Source of the DNA: an uncultured Spirochaetota bacterium
GTDB lineage: Bacteria; Spirochaetota; Brevinematia; Brevinematales; JAOACQ01
Assembly (NCBI GenBank): GCA_963796325.1
Contig: CAWCLF010000001.1
Location: 2,011,242 to 2,075,241 of the forward strand
Length of the DNA: 64,000 nucleotides
Direction of reading: 5' to 3'
Made by a program: the position numbers and the translations under genes. Of this stretch, positions 58,611-64,000 are shown piece after piece. Every line of letters begins with the position of its first letter. Positions within the stretch are counted from its first letter, which is position 1. The notes under the pieces were generated by a model that did not search any database, had not been told where the DNA came from, and saw only the letters and a list, made by a program, of their open reading frames with translations.

Positions 58611-59298
58611 TAAATTAATGGATGAAATTGAAGAAAATATTTTCATCATATACGGTGAAAAACCCAGTTCGCATTCATATCTCTTAAAGGGTCTTTATAA
58701 AAATGTACTTATCGATACAGGGACAAAAAACAATTTCAATAAGATCGTTCAATCCGCTGCAAAAGTCGGCCTCAAGGCCGGCGATATACACATGGTCGTC
58801 TGCACGCATGAACATTACGATCATATAGGGGGAATAAGTTTTTTTTACGAAACGGCTATCCTGGCAGCCGACCGGTTCGCAGCTACAAAAATCGAACTTC
58901 AGGACGAGTATGTGATACATGCCGCCGTGCATGGCGAGGAGCTAATTAAAACACGGATAAATATATGGCTTGAAAACAGGGTGCTTCTTGATTTCGGGAA
59001 TTACAAGCTGAAGGTCCTGCATACGCCTGGTCATACGTCGGGATGCATATGCCTCTACGAACCCTTCAGGAATTTTATGTTTACCGGCGATACTGTTTTC
59101 AACGAAGGGATAATATCAAAGATATCAGATTCAGGAAGCTACGGGGATTATATCAATTCCCTTGAACGTCTTAATACCTATAAAATAAAAAGGATGTTCC
59201 CCGGACATGGCAAAATATGTGAAAATCCCGGAAACGCGCTGAGCGAGTCCATCAAAAATGCCAGAAAAAAGCTGGCTGATTACACGGGAAGTTTCTAA
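58600..59298 (+). CDS. MBL-fold metallo-hydrolase
   Basis: HxHxDH motif (CTHEHYDHIGG), the later HTPGHTSG, and PGHG. Overlaps the upstream gene by 11 nt. Confidence 0.85.
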   Translation: MRNDKLMDEIEENIFIIYGEKPSSHSYLLKGLYKNVLIDTGTKNNFNKIVQSAAKVGLKAGDIHMVVCTHEHYDHIGGISFFYETAILAADRFAATKIELQDEYVIHAAVHGEELIKTRINIWLENRVLLDFGNYKLKVLHTPGHTSGCICLYEPFRNFMFTGDTVFNEGIISKISDSGSYGDYINSLERLNTYKIKRMFPGHGKICENPGNALSESIKNARKKLADYTGSF

Positions 59299-59403
59299 GA
59301 TTTCAACCGAATTCGTAATGTTTTTTTACCGCTTTATTTATCTTCCATATGCATGAAAGGCCTTCTTTCTTTTTCCCCGTAATCCCGGTCGAATTCTGAT
59401 TTT

Positions 59404-60906
59404 TCATGGTTTTGTTGTAATAAATTTCCTGCCGTCTCTTCTGCATACGAGCTGGATGACATCCCTTGCCGTTTTAACTGCAGACGGTATTCCGCCGGGC
59501 GACATTAACCACATCCCCGACATATAAAAATTTTTCAGTCCTTTTATTTGTTTTGGAATATTTTGTATCATTCTTGAATTACGAGGGGTAGAAACCCAGG
59601 TCATAAAACTGCCTTTCCAGTTTCCGGTATATTTTTCATAAGTAAGAGGAGTCGTCACATCGGTCATTTCGACTTTACCGGCGAAGCCCGGAAATTTCCT
59701 GTCAAGAACTCTTAAAACATCATTTGCTGTTTTTTCCTTTTCATTGTTATAGGCCTCAGGACCTTCTTTTTTTAATCTGTCCCAATATTCATAAGAACTG
59801 TCTATTAATGACATAACATATGTTTTACCCCGGGGGGCAAGAGTTTTGTCAAAGTTGTAGTTTTTAAAGAAGAGCCATTCTATTTTTCCTCCTGCTATAA
59901 CAAGGGGGGTGTCGAGTCTGAACCTGTTTATAACGGCATCAGAACCTTCAGTGAAATTGTCATTAAGTCCGAAGGATACCTGGATTCCGGTCGAATAAAC
60001 CTTTTCATTTTTGAACAGATCTTTATGGCCGGAATCAAACCCTTCGGGAACCAGTTTTTCAATCACGGTTTTAAGGTCGCAGGCGGAAATTACAAAATCG
60101 GCAACAATTTCCTTCCCGTTTTCAAGTAAGATACCCGCTGCCCTGTTATGTTTCACGAGGATCTTTGCAACCCTGCTCCCGCAGCTTATGGCGCCACCCA
60201 GTTCAAGATACCGCTTCATTATTGCCCGGGCAAATTCCCGGGAACCTCCTTCGGGAAACCCGGTAGTTCTTACATTAAGCGCAGACATCGACATTACAAG
60301 CGGAATCAGAATCGTATCCGGACTTATCGCATTGGAAATTCCGTAGCGTATCAACGGATCCTTAAACCTTGAAGCAAAATCGGCGGAACTTATACCCGAA
60401 CACTTTATGAAATCCTTCATATAAGGCTGAAGCGATTTCAGCATTTTCCATGTATCCATGAAATTATATAGTTCCATAGGTTTATCCATATCTATTTTAA
60501 AGGAGCCGAATGTCCTTATAAGGGAGCAGAACTCTTCACCGGCCGAACTGTCAAGCGGCGAAAGCTCCTTAAGATGATTCTCAAGTTTGTCGACGTCGGA
60601 ATAAAGATTGAATACCCTGCCGTCGCTGTCCACATACCGTGTAAAAATTTCCGGATAAAGAATATGCCGGCCCTGGATGGCGCCGAGTTCTTCCCAGAAA
60701 TTATAAAATGAGCTGCCCTCCCTGGTACCCATAAGCCAGTGTATGCTGCCGTCGATGTTGTAGCCTTTTCTTTTCCATGATGTGCACAATCCGCCGGCTT
60801 CGGAATGCATTTCATAAATTTCCGTTTCAAAACCGTTCATCCGCCCGTAGCACCCTGCAGTAAGACCCGCTATGCCGGCGCCGATAACAACTATTTTTTT
60901 CGTCAT
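59404..60906 (-). CDS. FAD-dependent oxidoreductase, phytoene-desaturase (CrtI)-like family
   Basis: N-terminal dinucleotide-binding motif KIVVIGAGIAGLTAG...YEMHSEAGG. About 500 aa with a C-terminal GGIPSAV segment typical of the amine-oxidase/CrtI superfamily. Confidence 0.75.
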   Translation of the reverse strand: MTKKIVVIGAGIAGLTAGCYGRMNGFETEIYEMHSEAGGLCTSWKRKGYNIDGSIHWLMGTREGSSFYNFWEELGAIQGRHILYPEIFTRYVDSDGRVFNLYSDVDKLENHLKELSPLDSSAGEEFCSLIRTFGSFKIDMDKPMELYNFMDTWKMLKSLQPYMKDFIKCSGISSADFASRFKDPLIRYGISNAISPDTILIPLVMSMSALNVRTTGFPEGGSREFARAIMKRYLELGGAISCGSRVAKILVKHNRAAGILLENGKEIVADFVISACDLKTVIEKLVPEGFDSGHKDLFKNEKVYSTGIQVSFGLNDNFTEGSDAVINRFRLDTPLVIAGGKIEWLFFKNYNFDKTLAPRGKTYVMSLIDSSYEYWDRLKKEGPEAYNNEKEKTANDVLRVLDRKFPGFAGKVEMTDVTTPLTYEKYTGNWKGSFMTWVSTPRNSRMIQNIPKQIKGLKNFYMSGMWLMSPGGIPSAVKTARDVIQLVCRRDGRKFITTKP

Positions 60907-60927
60907 GATCTATCTCCTTGAATAATT

Positions 60928-61740
60928 TCAATAATTGACTTTCGAATAATATTCAGCGATCCTGTTCCCGTGTCTTCTTATGTAATTTTCAAAAAAGACC
61001 TGTATCCTATGCAGAGGATAATCTTTCGGAAGATACCTTTCCGGGAAAGGGGGTTCTTCGACAAAGCATTTCATATATTGTACAGGACCCAGATAAAAGA
61101 CTCTGCGGGCGGATTCTTCGCCTGAAATGCCTTTTTCATTTAAAAACTCTTTCATATCGGTAAAAAATTCCTCCAGGAATCTCTTCCTTCCGTTCATGTC
61201 GAAAACTTCTATTATTTTCTCCTTTAGAACAGGATCTTCTATATCGGGGCAATTGAAAAGATAAAGGTTCCTGTCAATACCCTCTTCCCTCATAATATCT
61301 ATTATGTCTCCTGTTTCAACCCGGCCGTTAATATAAGTATTTTGAGCTATTCTTTTAAATCCGAAGTTATGCAGTGTGTCCCGCACTATTTTCCTTTCCC
61401 TTTCATTTTCCTTTTTAAATGAAAATACCGCCAGCAGAAACCCTTCAGGTCTTGTAAACTGCCCCTCTACAACCCTGCTTACTGCTTTATATTTATTTGT
61501 AAGGCGGTAGCGCAGCTTCCCTTCATTATCCCGGAAAGAAATCGCCTGCCCCGACGCCCTTTCCCTTGTCAAGGCGGTCCTTACAGCATTATAAGAAAAA
61601 CCTGCATATTCGGCTAAACTCCGGATTCCCTGCAGGGAGGGGTATTTCAATTTACCGAAAAAGGGAATATTCTCCCTGAAAACCATAAGACTGTACATGA
61701 CCTGTTTCATTGAAAGAGGATATTTTTCCCTGAAGTTCAT
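60928..61740 (-). CDS. PaaX-like winged-helix transcriptional regulator
   Basis: SLQGIRSLAEYAGFSYNAVRTALTRERASGQAISFRDNEGKLRYRLT follows the PaaX N-terminal pattern (xRTAlsRl..G.l...Y.LT). GAGG SD before the ATG at 61740 (the ORF track starts at 61779). It lies 21 nt upstream of the oxidoreductase gene. Confidence 0.6.
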   Translation of the reverse strand: MNFREKYPLSMKQVMYSLMVFRENIPFFGKLKYPSLQGIRSLAEYAGFSYNAVRTALTRERASGQAISFRDNEGKLRYRLTNKYKAVSRVVEGQFTRPEGFLLAVFSFKKENERERKIVRDTLHNFGFKRIAQNTYINGRVETGDIIDIMREEGIDRNLYLFNCPDIEDPVLKEKIIEVFDMNGRKRFLEEFFTDMKEFLNEKGISGEESARRVFYLGPVQYMKCFVEEPPFPERYLPKDYPLHRIQVFFENYIRRHGNRIAEYYSKVNY

Positions 61741-61751
61741 TGGCGCCTCTA

Positions 61752-61854
61752 TGTTACATATTAAATATACATGATACATCTATTGTAACACACCTGGACC
61801 ATAAAAACAAGACGTTGTTACAAATTATATTTTCATATTATTATTTTTGTAACA
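61752..61854. promoter_or_regulatory. Phased array of four TGTWACA motifs (putative operator set) spanning divergent promoters
   Basis: TGTTACA 61752..61758, TGTAACA 61784..61790, TGTTACA 61816..61822, TGTAACA 61848..61854. The spacing is exactly 32 bp and the orientation alternates. Motif 2 overlaps a minus-strand TACAAT -10 box. Motif 3 overlaps a plus-strand TTGTTA -35 box. Confidence 0.6.
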
Positions 61855-61967
61855 TCATTGGCCGAAATGTCCGCCCCTTGAAATTAATTTAATTTGATAG
61901 TCTGAATCTTCCGTTATATAATAAATAAACCTCTGCAATTCATATCTATCCGGAGTGTGATAATCAT

Positions 61968-63380
61968 ATGTTCAGCGATCTTGTTAAAATTCAGGATGAT
62001 CTTGTTATTGCATTTTCTTCAATCATAGCTGTTATCCTGGCAGGCGTTATCGGCATAACTATCCGGAAGTTTTTTTTCCGCCAATCGCTTGAGAGAATTC
62101 TCCACTCAGGTCTCAAAAGCAAACGCTACAGCGAAGTCATCGATAAAGCCAGGGAGATTATAAACGGCAGGAAAAATAAATCCGTGAGCCTGTTTGTCAT
62201 ATATTACCTGGCTCAGGCTTACGAGGCTGTCGATTCTCATAATAATGCGCTGAAGTATTACAATGAGGCTTGCGCTCTTGCCCGCAGCCATAAAAAGCTT
62301 TATTCATCGATACTTCTTCATATTGCAAAGATATCGGATAAATTAGGCAAGCAAAAAGAAGCAGTCGCCAATTATCTGATGCTTCTTGATAAAGATCCGG
62401 ATAATTTTGAAGCCCTTTATGAACTGGCACGCTTTCATTACAGGAATAAAAATCTTAAAAAAGCAAGGGAATACCTTGAAAAGGTGCTTAAAAAAAGAAG
62501 CGGCATTATTGAAGCCCGTATTCTTTACGGTATGATCCTTTTCGATACGGGTAATTATTTAAATGCAGGAAGGCAGTTCAAGCTTCTTGAAAAATACGAT
62601 CAGAATAACTATGAAATATTTTTTTACAGGGCAAGGTGCTTTGAAAATACAAAAAAATATTCGGAAGCGGTAAAGGTTTATCAGTTCATATTAGGTCGAG
62701 ACTGGCAAAACGCTCCTTCCGGGCCGTATATGCGGCCGATAATGGAAATCAGGGAACAATGCCAGATATCCATCATAAACCTGTTTATCAAATTGAAGGA
62801 CTATCATTCAGGAATATACTATGTTTCAGAGTATCTTTCTCTTCCCTCGTCCGATAAAACGAAGACCGAGCTGATCTACCTGTTCGCCAATCTCCTTTGG
62901 AATACCGGAGAGGAATTCCAGGCGCTCAAGAATTTCGAACGTATCTACATGATGAATGCAAATTATAAAGATGTCGAGATAATGTATGAAAGATATAAAA
63001 AGATACTCCCCCACTCCTATCTCAAACTCTATTTTACGAGTAATGAGGGCCAGGAAAACGCAAATTTCGATTCCTTATGTAAAAAAATCCTGTCGAGGCA
63101 TTCATTCAAGCTTATGTACCGGCACATTGATTATTACATATATGAAAAAGGAGTATTTTACATCGTTTTTTACAGGCATATAGAGCCTATTCCGTTCAGC
63201 AAACTTACAGATATTGAAGTGCTTCTGAACAGTTTCGAAACAAGGCCCCAGAATATCGAAATATATTCACTTTCAGGCGTTATGGACGACGCCGTAACAC
63301 ATTACCTCTTAAAAAATTCCCATCTGATAGAGGGTGATGAATTTATAGGCATTATAAAAAAAGCGACACGGTCGTCATGA
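61968..63380 (+). CDS. Membrane-anchored TPR-repeat protein with an uncharacterised C-terminal alpha/beta domain
   Basis: N-terminal TM helix (VIAFSSIIAVILAGVIGITI) and at least 6 TPR-like repeats (YYLAQAYEAVDSHNNALKYYNEA, FEALYELARFHYRNKNLKKAREYLEKV...). The ~110-aa C-terminal module is loosely Mrr/PD-(D/E)xK-like in spacing. ATGA overlap with the next gene. Confidence 0.6.
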   Translation: MFSDLVKIQDDLVIAFSSIIAVILAGVIGITIRKFFFRQSLERILHSGLKSKRYSEVIDKAREIINGRKNKSVSLFVIYYLAQAYEAVDSHNNALKYYNEACALARSHKKLYSSILLHIAKISDKLGKQKEAVANYLMLLDKDPDNFEALYELARFHYRNKNLKKAREYLEKVLKKRSGIIEARILYGMILFDTGNYLNAGRQFKLLEKYDQNNYEIFFYRARCFENTKKYSEAVKVYQFILGRDWQNAPSGPYMRPIMEIREQCQISIINLFIKLKDYHSGIYYVSEYLSLPSSDKTKTELIYLFANLLWNTGEEFQALKNFERIYMMNANYKDVEIMYERYKKILPHSYLKLYFTSNEGQENANFDSLCKKILSRHSFKLMYRHIDYYIYEKGVFYIVFYRHIEPIPFSKLTDIEVLLNSFETRPQNIEIYSLSGVMDDAVTHYLLKNSHLIEGDEFIGIIKKATRSS

Positions 63381-64000
63381 AAAAAGACAGGCTGCTTGCG
63401 ATCGTCATGCTTCTCTTGAACCGCAAAAGAATGTCTTCTGCTGAACTTGCACGTCATTTTGAAGTTTCTCTGCGCACTATTTACCGGGATATCGATGCTA
63501 TCGGGAGAGCCGGAATCCCTGTTCTTTCAATCCCGGGAAGAAGCGGCGGTTTCGGCATAATGGAAAGCTACAGGCTGGACCGGAATGTATTGGACAGGGA
63601 CGATATGTCTTCGGTTATAACGGCCCTCAAGGGGGTCAGTACGGCTATTAACGACTGGAAGATATCAGGGACCCTCGAAAAATTCCGTTCTTTTATTCAA
63701 AATTCAGGAAAAAATCTTGTTCCCGGAAGGGAAACTCTCGTTTTTAACCTGAGCGGTTACGGCAACAGGAGATATGACAACCTTATAAAGCTTGTCAGGA
63801 AAGCTGTCGACGAATGTCAAGTGCTTGCTTTTAATTACCGCGATTCCTCCCTGCATGAAACCTGCCGGGAAATTGAGCCGTATACACTGGTATGCTACGG
63901 ATCTGCCTGGTATATATATGGTTTTTGCAGGTTAAGGAAAGATTTCAGAATATTCAGATTATCCCGCATTAAAGACGCAGCTTTAACCGGCGAGATTTTT
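63377..64000 (+). CDS. YafY-family HTH-WYL domain transcriptional regulator, 3'-truncated by the window edge
   Basis: Hand translation is open to nt 64000. MKKDRLLAIVMLLLNRKRMSSAELARHFEVSLRTIYRDIDAIGRAGIPV (HTH_11) and EIEPYTLVCYGSAWYIYGFCRLRKDFRIFRLSRI (WYL core). It is not in the ORF track because no stop falls in the window. Confidence 0.85.
   Translation, partial: MKKDRLLAIVMLLLNRKRMSSAELARHFEVSLRTIYRDIDAIGRAGIPVLSIPGRSGGFGIMESYRLDRNVLDRDDMSSVITALKGVSTAINDWKISGTLEKFRSFIQNSGKNLVPGRETLVFNLSGYGNRRYDNLIKLVRKAVDECQVLAFNYRDSSLHETCREIEPYTLVCYGSAWYIYGFCRLRKDFRIFRLSRIKDAALTGEIF

Overview
This 64-kb window looks chromosomal and mostly core. It is probably from a Spirochaetota-like bacterium. That placement is an inference from the contiguous flgB-flgC-fliE-fliF-fliG-fliH-fliI operon, the extended FliH and FliG N-termini, and loose lipoboxes. 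I could not run a database search.

About 60 protein genes can be supported:
- Housekeeping: glyA, mcsA-mcsB-clpC, murG, trpS-scpA-scpB-pheA, miaB, cimA, ribH-nusB.
- Carbohydrate enzymes: a GH9 endoglucanase and a GH57 branching enzyme.
- Cytoskeleton: a bactofilin.
- RNA: one tRNA-Leu(GAG).
- Envelope, regulatory and hypothetical genes.

No CRISPR array, transposase, integrase or prophage was seen.

Points worth a second look:
1. A roughly 560-aa cytoplasmic binding-protein/GAF-like sensor head occurs twice. One copy is on a histidine kinase that feeds a REC-GAF-GGDEF cyclase. The other is on a degenerate-GGDEF/EAL protein next to the GH9 gene. A third, paralogous REC-PAS-GGDEF*-EAL protein is translationally coupled to the GH57 gene.
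2. Two copies of an unclassified long hairpin element built from 7-nt-periodic (C/T)AGTCNN units share the tail GACTGAAGTA.
3. Four TGTWACA motifs sit at exactly 32-bp phasing and alternate in orientation. They span the divergent promoters between a PaaX-like/FAD-oxidoreductase operon and a membrane TPR protein gene that overlaps a WYL regulator gene.
4. A BlaI/M56 pair has a perfect TTGACA-17-TATAAT promoter with a 16-bp TACAnnTGTA palindrome embedded in it. The M56 gene appears frameshifted.
5. A terminator-like hairpin lies in the GH9 leader.
6. The macro-domain gene has a probable leaderless promoter.

I cannot show that any of these is a new system. They are ranked hypotheses.
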